Shown: positions 54,767-64,000, counted from the first letter of the stretch. The stretch is DNA of 64,000 nucleotides from Saprospiraceae bacterium (GCA_032115775.1 JAUMBL010000029.1:1921-65920); one strand, 5' to 3'. The notes: a model not told the origin generated them from the letters alone. Program-made: numbers and translations.

Positions 54767-55522
54767 CTATTCCCCGGCAAATACCGCAGCGATGTACTCG
54801 CGGTTCATGCGGGCGATATTTCCCACCGAAATTTCTTTTGGACACTCGGCTTCACAGGCCGTCACATTGGAACACTGTCCGAAGCCTTCCTTGTCCATTT
54901 GCGCAACCATTTCCAGGACGCGTTGCTGCCGTTCCACCTGACCTTGTGGGAGCAGGGCGAGGTGGCTCACCTTGGCGGACGTGAAGAGCATGGCCGAGGC
55001 GTTCGGACAGGCGGCCACGCAGGCGCCGCAGCCGATGCAGGCGGCCGCGTCGAATGCTTTGCCGGCGACGTCCTTCCCAACGGGGATGTTATTCGCATCC
55101 TGCGCCTGGCCGGTATTCACGCTCACATACCCGCCGGACTGGATGATGCGGTCGAATGCGGAGCGATCCACCACGAGGTCTTTAACCACCGGGAATGCTT
55201 TGGCGCGGAACGGCTCGATCACGATCGTATCGCCGTCTTTATAGTTGCGCATGTGCAATTGGCAGGTCGTCGTGCCCTTCATAGGGCCGTGTGGGCGACC
55301 GTCTATGACCAGCGAGCAGGTACCGCAGATCCCTTCGCGGCAGTCGTGCTCGAAGGCTACGGGTTCTTCGCGTCGGGCGATGAGTTGCTCGTTGAGGACA
55401 TCGAGCATTTCCAGGAACGACATGTGTTCGTTTACCTGATCCAGTTGATATTGGACAAATTCGCCTTTATATTTACCACCTTGACGCCAGATTTTGAGCG
55501 TCAATTTCATATCCTTGCTCAT
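54767..55522 (-). CDS. sdhB: Succinate dehydrogenase/fumarate reductase iron-sulfur subunit
   Basis: 251 aa. Cys clusters [32 protein letters not shown]. Confidence 0.95.
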   Translation of the reverse strand: MSKDMKLTLKIWRQGGKYKGEFVQYQLDQVNEHMSFLEMLDVLNEQLIARREEPVAFEHDCREGICGTCSLVIDGRPHGPMKGTTTCQLHMRNYKDGDTIVIEPFRAKAFPVVKDLVVDRSAFDRIIQSGGYVSVNTGQAQDANNIPVGKDVAGKAFDAAACIGCGACVAACPNASAMLFTSAKVSHLALLPQGQVERQQRVLEMVAQMDKEGFGQCSNVTACEAECPKEISVGNIARMNREYIAAVFAGE

Positions 55523-55543
55523 AGAAAAAGGAAAAATTACAGA

Positions 55544-57475
55544 TTATTTATAAGATCGCTGGCTTACTTTCACCACCTCATACTCCAGCTCCTCCTTGTG
55601 GAGCGCCGGCGCCTGTCCTTCGCCTTTCCATTCCCAGGCGGCGACGTACATAAAGTTTTCGTCGTCGCGCAGCGCTTCGCCGTCTTCCGTTTGGAATTCC
55701 TCGCGGAAGTGTCCGCCGCAGGATTCGTTGCGGTGGAGGGCGTCGGTGCACATGAGTTCGCCGAGTTCTATGAAATCGGCTACGCGCAAGGCTTTCTCGA
55801 GTTCCGGATTGTATTCGTCGGTGCGACCGGGGACGAACACATCGCGGTAGAACTCGGCGCGCAGTTCCCGGATTTCCCGGATTGCTTCCTGAAGCCCTTG
55901 GGCGTTGCGCGCCATGCCGCATTTATCCCACATGATTTTGCCCAGGCGGCGGTGGAAACTTTCCACGCTTTGTTTGCCGCCGATCTGCATCAATACTTGG
56001 ATGCGGTCGGCCACCGCTTGCTCTGCGGCGTCGAATTCCGGCGTATTGGTGGGGATAGCGCCGGTACGAATGTCCCGGCTCAGATTAGATCCGATGGTAT
56101 AAGGCAGCACGAAATAGCCGTCGGCCAGACCCTGCATCAGTGCAGAAGCGCCAAGGCGGTTAGCGCCGTGGTCGCTAAAATTCGCTTCGCCTGCGGCGTA
56201 CAGTCCGGGCAGCGAAGTCATCAGTTCATAATCCACCCAAAGTCCGCCCATCGTATAGTGTACGGCCGGATAGATCCGCATGGGTACCTCGTAGGGATTG
56301 TCGCCCGTGATCTTCTCGTACATTTCGAAAAGATTACCATAGCGGGCGGACACGACCTCTTTGCCGAAGCGTTTGATTGCGTCTGCAAAGTCGAGATAGA
56401 CGGCTAGTCCGGTGGATCCTACGCCACGGCCTTCGTCGCACACTTGTTTTGCGGCGCGGCTGGCGATATCGCGGGGCACCAGGTTGCCAAATGCGGGGTA
56501 CTTGCGTTCCAGGTAATAATCGCGGTCTTCTTCCGGTATTTGGCTGGGGTGTTTTTTGCTGTCTTCTGCGCGTTTGGGCACCCAGCAGCGACCGTCATTG
56601 CGCAGCGATTCCGACATGAGCGTCAGTTTCGATTGATAATCGCCGGATACCGGGATACAGGTGGGGTGGATTTGGGTATAGCAGGGGTTGGCAAAGAACG
56701 CGCCGCGGCGGTGCGCCCGCCAGGCGGCTGAGACATTGCACATCATCGCGTTGGTACTCAGGTAGAATACGTTGCCGTATCCGCCGGTGGCCAGCACGAC
56801 GGCATGGGCGCTGTGGCGTTCCAGTTTGCCGGTGAGCAGGTTGCGTGCGATAATGCCGCGGCACTTACCGTCCACCGTGACCACATCCAGCATTTCGTGC
56901 CGGTTATACAATTTAACGCTCCCGAGCGCAACCTGACGGCTGAGCGCCTGGTACGCGCCGATGAGCAGTTGCTGACCCGTTTGTCCGCGCGCATAGAATG
57001 TACGCGACACCTGCGTGCCGCCGAAAGAGCGGTTGTCGAGCAGGCCGCCGTATTCGCGGGCAAAGGGCACCCCTTGCGCCACACATTGGTCAATAATCAG
57101 GCGGGAGGCTTCTGCCAGCCGGTGCACATTGGCTTCGCGGGCGCGGTAGTCGCCGCCTTTGATGGTTTCATAAAAGAGTCTTTGCACCGAATCGCCATCG
57201 TTGCGGTAATTTTTAGCGGCATTGATACCGCCTTGCGCAGCGATGGAGTGCGCGCGCCGCGGGCTGTCGTGGAAGGTAAAAACCTTGACGTTGTAGCCCA
57301 GTTCGCCCAGCGATGCCGCTGCGGAAGCGCCGGCCAGGCCGCTGCCCACGATGATGACGTCTATCCGGCGTTTGTTGTTAGGCGAAACAAGCGGAACTGT
57401 ACTTTGGTACGTCGTCCATTTATCGCGCATGGTCCCGCCGGGGATCCTGGAATCGAGTTTAATTTCTTTTTCCAT
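55544..57475 (-). CDS. sdhA: Succinate dehydrogenase/fumarate reductase flavoprotein subunit
   Basis: 643 aa. [17 protein letters not shown] fold, [12 protein letters not shown] (FAD-histidine region), [10 protein letters not shown]. Confidence 0.95.
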   Translation of the reverse strand: MEKEIKLDSRIPGGTMRDKWTTYQSTVPLVSPNNKRRIDVIIVGSGLAGASAAASLGELGYNVKVFTFHDSPRRAHSIAAQGGINAAKNYRNDGDSVQRLFYETIKGGDYRAREANVHRLAEASRLIIDQCVAQGVPFAREYGGLLDNRSFGGTQVSRTFYARGQTGQQLLIGAYQALSRQVALGSVKLYNRHEMLDVVTVDGKCRGIIARNLLTGKLERHSAHAVVLATGGYGNVFYLSTNAMMCNVSAAWRAHRRGAFFANPCYTQIHPTCIPVSGDYQSKLTLMSESLRNDGRCWVPKRAEDSKKHPSQIPEEDRDYYLERKYPAFGNLVPRDIASRAAKQVCDEGRGVGSTGLAVYLDFADAIKRFGKEVVSARYGNLFEMYEKITGDNPYEVPMRIYPAVHYTMGGLWVDYELMTSLPGLYAAGEANFSDHGANRLGASALMQGLADGYFVLPYTIGSNLSRDIRTGAIPTNTPEFDAAEQAVADRIQVLMQIGGKQSVESFHRRLGKIMWDKCGMARNAQGLQEAIREIRELRAEFYRDVFVPGRTDEYNPELEKALRVADFIELGELMCTDALHRNESCGGHFREEFQTEDGEALRDDENFMYVAAWEWKGEGQAPALHKEELEYEVVKVSQRSYK

Positions 57476-57497
57476 AATATTACGAGCGGATTCAAGT

Positions 57498-58181
57498 CTA
57501 TTTTAAATAGGTAACAACCGGGATCACGGCAAACAGCAAGGGTACGATCACCGAATAGACCATTCCCAGGACTTTGATTGCCGGCGTGTATTTTTTGTGA
57601 TTCAGGCCCAAGGTCTGAAAACTGGACCAAAAGCCGTGCCACAGATGGTAGCCGATGACGGCCATGCTGATAACATAAAACAGCACATAAGCTAGTTCTT
57701 TATAAGAAGCCGTGACCAGCGCGTACAGATCTTTCACCGGATGCGGATACGTATCGTACTCCACAAACGGCACGGCGCCCCAGTGCATTTGAAACCAAAA
57801 CTGGTACATGTGCAGCACGATGAAAATCAGGATGATGATACCCAGCCAAGCCATGCTACGAGAAGCGCGTTCTTCCGGCCGCGCGAATTGCACAGCGTAC
57901 CGAGTATTGCCGCGGGCGGCGCGATTGCGGCGCCAGAGCAACAGTCCCTGCACGGCATGCAGCACAATCGAAAAATACAGCAAATAAGAGGTCGTTTTTA
58001 TGAGCGGATTGTGCGTCATAAAATAGGCGTAGGTATTGAACGCTTCGCCGCCGTCGTCTTTGAGCAACTGGAGATTTCCGATCAGGTGGATAACCAGGAA
58101 GAGAATCAGAAAAATTCCTGTCAGGGCCATCACGGTTTTTTGGCCGAGCGAGGAAGTAAGAAATTTAGTAAGCCAGTTCAT
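57498..58181 (-). CDS. sdhC: Succinate dehydrogenase cytochrome b subunit (b558 family, five TM helices)
   Basis: 227 aa. Hydrophobic with conserved His residues. Located directly upstream of sdhA-sdhB. Confidence 0.85.
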   Translation of the reverse strand: MNWLTKFLTSSLGQKTVMALTGIFLILFLVIHLIGNLQLLKDDGGEAFNTYAYFMTHNPLIKTTSYLLYFSIVLHAVQGLLLWRRNRAARGNTRYAVQFARPEERASRSMAWLGIIILIFIVLHMYQFWFQMHWGAVPFVEYDTYPHPVKDLYALVTASYKELAYVLFYVISMAVIGYHLWHGFWSSFQTLGLNHKKYTPAIKVLGMVYSVIVPLLFAVIPVVTYLK

Positions 58182-58339
58182 GTCGCTAAATGCAGATCAT
58201 TTTATGTGTCCGACCCTGCGTCCATCAAGTATGATCACAACAGGGCGTAAATTCGGCTATTTTAAAACCGCAACAAAATTAGAGAAGCAAACGCGGGCGC
58301 CCAATTTTAGTTGGGCTAAAGACGAGCCTTGACTTTTAT

Positions 58340-58846
58340 TTAGAATTTGTCTAAAATTGGTGCGGATAAATACGAGCCGTCAAAGCCGAACGGCAGCAAG
58401 TCGCTGCTGTTTTCAAACACCCAAACGGGGCCTATTTGGCCCTGCAAGAGGAGCCGGATTGCCTGGCGGTTTTTAATTTCCGTTTCGACCAGTACCTGTC
58501 GGCATGCACCGCAGGGTGTTGCCGGCCGTTGGATGGTTTGGCTGCTGTTTTCTACGGTCACCGCCATTGCGAGTACCGGCATTTCCGGAAACTTTGAAAT
58601 CGCCGCAGCCAGCGCAGCGCGTTCGGCGCACAGGCACAAAGGATAAGCGGCATTTTCGTAGTTGGCGCCCTCGACGATGTCGTTGTTTGCGAGCAATGCG
58701 GCAGCGCCCACGCGGAACCGGGAGTAGGGCGCATAAGCCAGGCGGAGCGCATTTTTAGCGGATTCTAGCAGCCGTTTGTCTTGCCCGGGCAAATCGCCGG
58801 GCGTTTCATATTGCAGGTAGGAGATAGATAGTTGGCGTTTTTCCAT
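58340..58846 (-). CDS. cdd: Cytidine deaminase
   Basis: 168 aa. Zinc motifs CAERAAL and PCGACRQ. Confidence 0.9.
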   Translation of the reverse strand: MEKRQLSISYLQYETPGDLPGQDKRLLESAKNALRLAYAPYSRFRVGAAALLANNDIVEGANYENAAYPLCLCAERAALAAAISKFPEMPVLAMAVTVENSSQTIQRPATPCGACRQVLVETEIKNRQAIRLLLQGQIGPVWVFENSSDLLPFGFDGSYLSAPILDKF

Positions 58847-58885
58847 TTGCAGCAGATTTGCCGTTTTGTGCGGCGTTGTTTGAAG

Positions 58886-58953
58886 CGTAACTACCGTTGT
58901 CTGGTGAAACAGGGATTTTTGTTTGCCTCCAGCACCACCGACTAAGTAGTTCC
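58886..58953. repeat. MITE-like palindromic element, copy C (68 nt, more diverged)
   Basis: Termini (C)GTAACTACCG... and ...CGACTAAGTAGTTCC. Flanked by a perfect 7-bp direct repeat TTTGAAG (58879-58885 and 58954-58960). Confidence 0.55.
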
Positions 58954-58960
58954 TTTGAAG

Positions 58961-58997
58961 AAAAGCCCGGATATTCCTGTGCGGAGTATCCGGGCTT
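58961..58997 (-). terminator. pnp intrinsic terminator
   Basis: AAGCCCGGATA (58963-58973) pairs with TATCCGGGCTT (58987-58997). On the minus strand the stem is followed by TTTTCTTC. Located 27 nt after the pnp stop. Confidence 0.65.
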
Positions 58998-59023
58998 GTA
59001 GGGCTTGGCGGGTTACGATAGCC

Positions 59024-61270
59024 TTATCGGCGTCCACCACCGCCGCCTCTGCGGTCGCCGCCGCGTCCACCGCCGCCGCCTCTGCGGTCGCCGCCGTCGC
59101 CGCCCTCCTTGCGTTCCGGTCGTTCCCGTTCCACATATCCTTCCGGTTTGGGCAGGAGCGCTTTGGCAGACAGGCGCATTTTGCCGCTGCGTTGGTCTAT
59201 TTCGACGATTTTGAAGCGGACTTTATCGCCCAGTTTATACACGTCTTCTACATTGTCTATGCGGTTGTAGCTGATTTCCGACACGTGGAGCAGGCCGCTT
59301 TTGTTGCCGAATTTCACGAACACGCCGTAAGGCTGAATGGTTTCCACCACACCTTCGTACTCGCCGTCCAATTCCGGAATAAACACGATATCCTGAATTT
59401 TGCCGTAAGCGGCGTCCAGCGCAGTTTTGTCCGGGCCGAAGATGGCCACGATACCGCCCTGTTCATCTTCATCAATGGAGATGGTGGTGCCGGTTTGGCG
59501 TTGCATTTCCTGAATAATTTTGCCACCCGGGCCGATGACGGCGCCGATGTAGTCGCGCGGAATACGGAATTCCACCATGCGCGGCGCGTGCGGTTTCAGG
59601 TCTTCGCGTGGTTCCGCGATGGCTTTGGCCATTTCGCCGAGGATATGGATACGGCCTTCCCGGGCTTGCACGAGTGCTTTTTCCAGGAGTTCGTAGGGCA
59701 TACCGTCAATTTTGATATCCATTTGCGTGCCGCAGATACCCTTGTTGGTGCCTGTTACCTTGAAGTCCATATCGCCCAGGGCGTCTTCGTCGCCGAGGAT
59801 ATCCGACAGGATGGCGATCCGGCCCTTGTCGTCGGCAATGGCGCCCATGGCGATACCGGCGATTGGCGCCTTGAGCGGCACGCCGCCGTCCATCAGCGCC
59901 ATGGATCCGGCGCAGACGGTCGCCATGGAAGAGGATCCGTTGGATTCCAGGATATCCGACACGATGCGCACGGTGTAAGCGAACTCCTTCGGCATGAGTT
60001 TGCGGATCGAGCGGCCGGCCAGGTTGGCGTGGCCGACTTCCCGGCGGCCGGGGCCGCGCATGGGTTTTACTTCGCCGGTGGAGTAGGGCGGGAAGTTATA
60101 ATGGAGGATAAAATTATCGTCATAAGAGCCCAGCGCATTGTCTATCAGAGCCTGATCCTGTTTGGTGCCGAGCGTCAGCGACGTGAGCGCTTGCGTTTCG
60201 CCGCGATTGAAGATCGAAGAGCCGTGGGCACTGGGCAGGAAATCCACTTCGCACCAGATCGGGCGCACTTCATCGGATTTGCGGCCGTCGAGGCGTTTGC
60301 CTTCCGACAGTACGACGTCGCGGATGATGTGTTTTTTAATTTTTTCATAGTAGCGGCTGGCCGTACTGCCCCATTCTTCCATAAATTCTTCGCCGAATTC
60401 CTCTGTAATAGTAGCGATAGTGGTTTTTTTCAGTTCTTCCAGGCGGCTTTTGCGCGTATTTTTATCGCTGGCACTGCGTGCGAGGGTATAAATTTCCTCA
60501 GACACCAGAGATTCCATACGCATTTTGAGCGCCTCATTTTCAGGGATTTCCGGGAGCGAGCGTTTCACGAGCGCGCTTTCGCCGACCATTTCGGCTAAGC
60601 GTTCTTGGGCTTCGATCTGCACCCGAATGACCTCGTGCGCAATTTTTAGCGCTTCGATCAGGTCGTGCTCCTGGCATTCATCCGCTTCGCCCTCCACCAT
60701 GGTGATATCGTGTTTCGTAGCGGCGACGATAAAATCCATATCGGCGTTTTTCAATTCTGCGCTGTTTGGATTAATCACGAACTGGCCGTTGATGCGGGCC
60801 ACGCGCACTTCCGAGAACAGCGCCTCCACGGGGATATTGCTTACGGCCACTGCGGCGGAGCAGGCCAATCCGGCGAGCGCATCGGGCGTAGCGTGCTTGT
60901 CGGCGGAAATCAGGTTGATGATTACCTGCGTTTCGTTCATGTAGCCGTCGGGGAAGAGCGGGCGCAGGGCGCGATCCACCAGGCGGCTGATCAGGATTTC
61001 ATAATCCGACAGGCGCGCTTCGCGGCGGAAAAAATTGCCGGGAATACGGCCGGCTGAGGCGTATTTTTCCTGATAGTCAACAGACAGCGGAAAAAAGGGC
61101 TGTCCAGGTTTGGGTTCGAGGGCGCTGACGACCGTAGCCAGCAACATGGTATTGCCCATGCGTACCAAGACGCTACCGTCGGCCTGCGTGGCCAGTTTTC
61201 CGGTTTCCAATACGACTTCTCTTCCATCGGGCAGTTGGAAGGACGTACTTAGCGGGATTTGTTTTCCCAT
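59024..61270 (-). CDS. pnp: Polyribonucleotide nucleotidyltransferase (PNPase) with an Arg/Gly-rich C-terminal tail
   Basis: The ATG at 61270 gives MGKQIPLSTSFQLPDGREVVLETGKLATQADGS. Contains NGSSSMATVCAGSMALMDGGVP plus KH and S1 regions. The tail reads ...GGDGGDRRGGGGGRGGDRRGGGGGRR. The track start at 61345 is an upstream extension. Confidence 0.95.
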   Translation of the reverse strand: MGKQIPLSTSFQLPDGREVVLETGKLATQADGSVLVRMGNTMLLATVVSALEPKPGQPFFPLSVDYQEKYASAGRIPGNFFRREARLSDYEILISRLVDRALRPLFPDGYMNETQVIINLISADKHATPDALAGLACSAAVAVSNIPVEALFSEVRVARINGQFVINPNSAELKNADMDFIVAATKHDITMVEGEADECQEHDLIEALKIAHEVIRVQIEAQERLAEMVGESALVKRSLPEIPENEALKMRMESLVSEEIYTLARSASDKNTRKSRLEELKKTTIATITEEFGEEFMEEWGSTASRYYEKIKKHIIRDVVLSEGKRLDGRKSDEVRPIWCEVDFLPSAHGSSIFNRGETQALTSLTLGTKQDQALIDNALGSYDDNFILHYNFPPYSTGEVKPMRGPGRREVGHANLAGRSIRKLMPKEFAYTVRIVSDILESNGSSSMATVCAGSMALMDGGVPLKAPIAGIAMGAIADDKGRIAILSDILGDEDALGDMDFKVTGTNKGICGTQMDIKIDGMPYELLEKALVQAREGRIHILGEMAKAIAEPREDLKPHAPRMVEFRIPRDYIGAVIGPGGKIIQEMQRQTGTTISIDEDEQGGIVAIFGPDKTALDAAYGKIQDIVFIPELDGEYEGVVETIQPYGVFVKFGNKSGLLHVSEISYNRIDNVEDVYKLGDKVRFKIVEIDQRSGKMRLSAKALLPKPEGYVERERPERKEGGDGGDRRGGGGGRGGDRRGGGGGRR

Positions 61271-61358
61271 AGCATAAAATAGTTTATGCCCCGGTGCGCC
61301 TTGTCGTTTAGCCGTGTAGGTTATGTGTCCGGGTCGTTCGATCAAAAACCGAAAGCAT

Positions 61359-61402
61359 CACACAAAGATGCCGGGAGAATCCGTCGCCGGCGTCTTTGTG
61401 TG
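61359..61402 (-). promoter_or_regulatory. 16-bp stem-loop in the pnp 5' leader
   Basis: CACACAAAGATGCCGG (61359-61374) pairs with CCGGCGTCTTTGTGTG (61387-61402) with one mismatch and a 12-nt loop. Located about 90-130 nt upstream of the pnp ATG. Confidence 0.5.
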
Positions 61403-61538
61403 GGGGAAATTACTTTTTTCCCCGTTTTTGATCGCGATCTCCGAGCCGGTTCTACAAACCGATACAGGGCGTTGACAGGCGAACAGGAGCGCGTTTACAA
61501 TCTATCCGCAGATTACTGCGGCATTTTTTCTATTTTTT

Positions 61539-61699
61539 GTAACTACTTAGCCGATCGCTGTCTGGCCCAAAAAGTCCCATTTTCCGCCATACTTCGCAAT
61601 TTTTTTTGACCGTAGCGCTGCTACGGCCTGCAAAAAATCGCTTCGTCTGGCAAAAAATGGATCCTTTTTTGTCTCAGACGCGACCGGCTAAGTAGTTAC
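61539..61699. repeat. MITE-like palindromic element, copy B (161 nt, longest copy)
   Basis: Termini GTAACTACTTAGCCGATCGCTGTCTG and CAGACGCGACCGGCTAAGTAGTTAC. The interior is itself an imperfect palindrome centred on the CCGTAGC-GCT-GCTACGG hairpin (61610-61626). Flanked by TATTTTT on both sides (61531-61537 and 61700-61706). Confidence 0.7.
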
Positions 61700-61785
61700 T
61701 ATTTTTCTGACCTCTGCGCAATTATTGGTTCCGGCCTTAAAAAATCTGTTTTTCAGGCGCCGGGGCCGCGTGGCAGGCGGTCATT

Positions 61786-61820
61786 AAAAAAAAGGGAGAG
61801 ACCTTCGACCGGTCTCCCCC
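61786..61820 (-). terminator. rpsO intrinsic terminator
   Basis: On the minus strand, GGGGAGACC...GGTCTCTCCC (stem with one bulge) is followed by T8 (plus-strand A8 at 61786-61793). Located 13 nt after the rpsO stop. Confidence 0.7.
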
Positions 61821-61832
61821 CTCTCAGGTCTT

Positions 61833-62108
61833 TTATTTACGCAGACCAAGTTTCTCCAGCAGTGCGCGATATTTGAAAATATCTTTTTTCGAATAATAGG
61901 AAAGCAGGCGCTTCCGCTGGCCTACCATCGCCAGCAGCGAGCGGCGGGTAGCATGGTCTTTGTGATTGGAACGCAAGTGCGCCGAGAGGCTCTCGATGCG
62001 GTAGGTCAGCAGGGCGACCTGTACCTCTACGTTGCCGGTGTCTTTTTCGTTCTCGCCATATTGTTTTACAATGTCGGCGATTTTTGTTTTGTCGTAATAG
62101 ACTGCCAT
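61833..62108 (-). CDS. rpsO: 30S ribosomal protein S15
   Basis: 91 aa. DTGNVEVQVALLTYRIESLSAHLRSNHKDHATRRSLLAMVGQRKRLLSY is the canonical S15 pattern. Confidence 0.95.
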   Translation of the reverse strand: MAVYYDKTKIADIVKQYGENEKDTGNVEVQVALLTYRIESLSAHLRSNHKDHATRRSLLAMVGQRKRLLSYYSKKDIFKYRALLEKLGLRK

Positions 62109-62380
62109 TTTTTTAAAATAAAAATAAAATGAAAAGATAGCGACTAAAAGAGGACTTCAGCGGGTCAAACGGCAGTTTATGCCTATCCGTCCAAATTTAG
62201 CCGGCGCAAAATTACGGTAAAGTATTTGAAAAATAAAAATTAGCGCAAGTTTAAATTTCGGCGCCGAGGCGAATGCGCACAAATTTTGCAGCCCGAATGC
62301 GGGTTATTCGGCAAAAAAGGTAGCATGGAGAAAAATAAAATTTGACGCTTGCAGCCCGGCGACTGAAATTTAAGCACCGC

Positions 62381-62878
62381 TTAATGGCATTTAAAATAAT
62401 CGAAGGGCTCCAAACAGTCCAAGCATTTAAACAGTGCCTTGCAGGACGTAGAGCCAAACTGTGCGATCATTTCGGTATTAGCGGACTGGCAGTGCGGGCA
62501 GCGTACGATCTGCCGTTCGCCCAGGAGCGCCCGTTTGTCCAGGCTGCCGGTTTCGGGCGGCGCGATGCCGAATGCGCGCAATTTTTGTCGGCCGGCTTCC
62601 GTCATCCAGTCGGTCGTCCAAGCGGGTTTTAACACACTGATGACGCGCACCGCTTCGATGCCCGCTTCCTGCAGCGCGGCACGGATATTTACTTCGATCG
62701 CACTCATAGCCGGGCAGCCGCTATAGGTGGGAGTAATCACGACTTCTAGCACGCCGTCGTCGGCGACGCGAATGTCCCGCAAAATGCCTAAATCCCGGAT
62801 CGTGAGTACGGGTATTTCCGGATCGCACACGGTATCGAGCACATCGGCGGATTGGGATATTAAGTCGTTATTTATCAA
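62381..62878 (-). CDS. paaD: PaaD/PaaJ-like protein (DUF59 metal-sulfur domain plus C-terminal Cys4 zinc ribbon)
   Basis: 165 aa. VCDPEIPVLTIRDLGILR...VITPTYSGCPA and C-terminal CPHC...CLDC. Apparent TTG start. No other paa genes in the window. Confidence 0.6.
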   Translation of the reverse strand: MINNDLISQSADVLDTVCDPEIPVLTIRDLGILRDIRVADDGVLEVVITPTYSGCPAMSAIEVNIRAALQEAGIEAVRVISVLKPAWTTDWMTEAGRQKLRAFGIAPPETGSLDKRALLGERQIVRCPHCQSANTEMIAQFGSTSCKALFKCLDCLEPFDYFKCH

Positions 62879-62882
62879 GCGA

Positions 62883-63320
62883 TTATATATACGTCGTTTG
62901 GTTTTTGTCGGTCAGAATATCTTTCAATTCCTTCAGGAACGCGTATTGTTCCGGCATGACCTTTTTCAGCGCTTCTTTTACGGCTACGAAACCGCTGTTT
63001 TCCGTATCCGGGATCATTTCCCGGATTTTTTGTTTGGCTTTTTCTTTTGCCACGCGATAATCTTCATAGATCAGGGCGCGCAGCGAAGGCAGTTCGTGCC
63101 AGTCGGCCTCCACGGCAATGGCTTTGCGTTGGGCGCCTTGGGCGTCTGTAACTGGTTCCAGTTCGATACAACAACGCTCTGCCAGGCGGGTGGAGCCCAA
63201 ATCGTCGGTGTGCGGCGTTTTCCACTGATTGTCCGCCTGGTTTTCGTTCACCAAATAGACCTCAAGGCCTTTGTCGCCCACGCGGTAAATGAGGAGATCC
63301 ACTTTGTCTTGCGCTTGCAT
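62883..63320 (-). CDS. Hypothetical protein (145 aa)
   Basis: ATG-started ORF ending 4 nt upstream of the paaD-like gene. Ordinary composition. No family recognised. Confidence 0.5.
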   Translation of the reverse strand: MQAQDKVDLLIYRVGDKGLEVYLVNENQADNQWKTPHTDDLGSTRLAERCCIELEPVTDAQGAQRKAIAVEADWHELPSLRALIYEDYRVAKEKAKQKIREMIPDTENSGFVAVKEALKKVMPEQYAFLKELKDILTDKNQTTYI

Positions 63321-63514
63321 GCAGATATTGTATAAAGGAAGTTGGAAATCGGTGCGCCGATTATACCTAATAGAAAGAGTATAACACAGAAAGCGGGGAT
63401 TAGTTCAGGCACTGGTGTTTTCAGCCGGTAGGTCATTAACGGCCTGAGGTATTATTTTGAAACCCTTTACGGCCAAAAACGCGCGCTGTGCGGGCGGCAT
63501 ACTGCGGCAGTTTT

Positions 63515-63970
63515 TCAGAGTCGGATGGTGCTTCTGGCAGGTTTGGGCTTTGTAGTTTTAGGCTGGGCGCCTTTTTCCTCTTCTAGGCGTAGCCGTTCTT
63601 CCGGCAACAGATCGAGTGGGGCAGCGCCGTCGTCGGCTGGGAAATCCGGCGTTGGGTTAGGCTGAAAAAAGCGTTTAAAAAAATCATCGCCCTCGAAAAA
63701 TTCCAGGTTGGGCATATCGCCGAAGGGTTGGGAAAAGAACAGATTCAGGTTGCCGCCGCCATCGGGGAATGTAAACGTGGTGTCGAAACGGAACTGAAAG
63801 CTGGTATCGGCTCCAAAGCCGAAGGGCAGGCCGGATTTAGGCATAGTTTGAAAACGACGTTCCATTTCCTGAAACAAATCCTGGAATTGCCGCATCCTGT
63901 CTTCCGGCGATTGTGCGCCGGCTGCGCGGGCGGAGAGCAGCAGAACGAATGCAAGAATCAATCTGTTCAT
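63515..63970 (-). CDS. Hypothetical secreted protein, F/D/P-rich
   Basis: The ATG at 63970 gives a signal peptide MNRLILAFVLLLSARAAGAQ. The rest is low-complexity and rich in F, D, P and E. Confidence 0.5.
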   Translation of the reverse strand: MNRLILAFVLLLSARAAGAQSPEDRMRQFQDLFQEMERRFQTMPKSGLPFGFGADTSFQFRFDTTFTFPDGGGNLNLFFSQPFGDMPNLEFFEGDDFFKRFFQPNPTPDFPADDGAAPLDLLPEERLRLEEEKGAQPKTTKPKPARSTIRL

Positions 63971-64000
63971 GGTACAGTATGAATATTTACAGTGCAAAAT

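Noticed and set aside
54899-57514. 502-aa and 236-aa + strand ORFs (54899-56407, 56804-57514)
   Set aside because: Antisense shadows of sdhB and sdhA.
58955-60598. 547-aa + strand ORF
   Set aside because: Antisense shadow of pnp.
63248-63436. 62-aa minus-strand ORF with a hydrophobic stretch
   Set aside because: It overlaps the start of the 62883-63320 gene in another frame. It is too short and unsupported to call.
1-64000. tRNA, rRNA, tmRNA, riboswitch, CRISPR, transposase, integrase and toxin-antitoxin or defence-system genes
   Set aside because: I scanned the intergenic regions by eye and found no cloverleaf-compatible 70-90-nt segment, no rRNA-like stretch, no repeat-spacer array and no recognisable mobile or defence protein motif. 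A covariance-model scan (tRNAscan-SE, Infernal/Rfam) would be needed for a definitive negative.

Overview
This is a 64-kb chromosomal segment from a GC-rich Bacteroidota genome. The phylum call rests on features read by eye: a SusC/SusD pair, a T9SS C-terminal sorting domain, TAnnTTTG -7 promoter boxes, a three-subunit b558-type succinate dehydrogenase, and a giant HYR-domain surface protein. All family names come from motifs I recognised in the translations; no searches were run. I call 46 protein-coding genes. I found no rRNA, tRNA, CRISPR array, transposase, integrase or phage gene. The ORF track accepts GTG/TTG starts and omits ORFs that run off the window edge. That is why the largest gene here, a surface protein of at least 2000 aa on the minus strand (1-6000), is missing from it. 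Housekeeping blocks are rimP-nusA-infB, rfbA, uvrC, sdhCAB, cdd, pnp and rpsO. The accessory content has a phosphorus-limitation theme. It includes an OprO/P-type porin and a PhnW-less aminophosphonate operon (PhnX-like hydrolase, 12-TM transporter, FAD amine oxidase). It also includes a beta-propeller/phosphoesterase fusion, a PhnZ-like HD oxygenase with no PhnY, a TonB receptor, a SusCD pair with no CAZymes, and a btaA-btaB pair for the phosphorus-free lipid DGTS. Other points worth a second look: (1) A family of palindromic MITE-like elements with GTAACTAC...GTAGTTAC termini, each flanked by a 7-bp direct repeat (three copies; one lies in the pnp leader). (2) A compound palindromic structure containing a perfect 62-bp palindrome between susD and the TonB receptor gene. 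(3) A tightly packed operon: GT2, large polytopic membrane protein, dihydroorotase-like protein with metal-ligand motifs mutated, IMPase-family protein. (4) A perfect 24-bp palindrome whose 12-mer half recurs twice elsewhere. (5) A structured, repeat-containing control region upstream of the porin. Because of the high GC content, nearly every real gene casts long antisense shadow ORFs; these were rejected.
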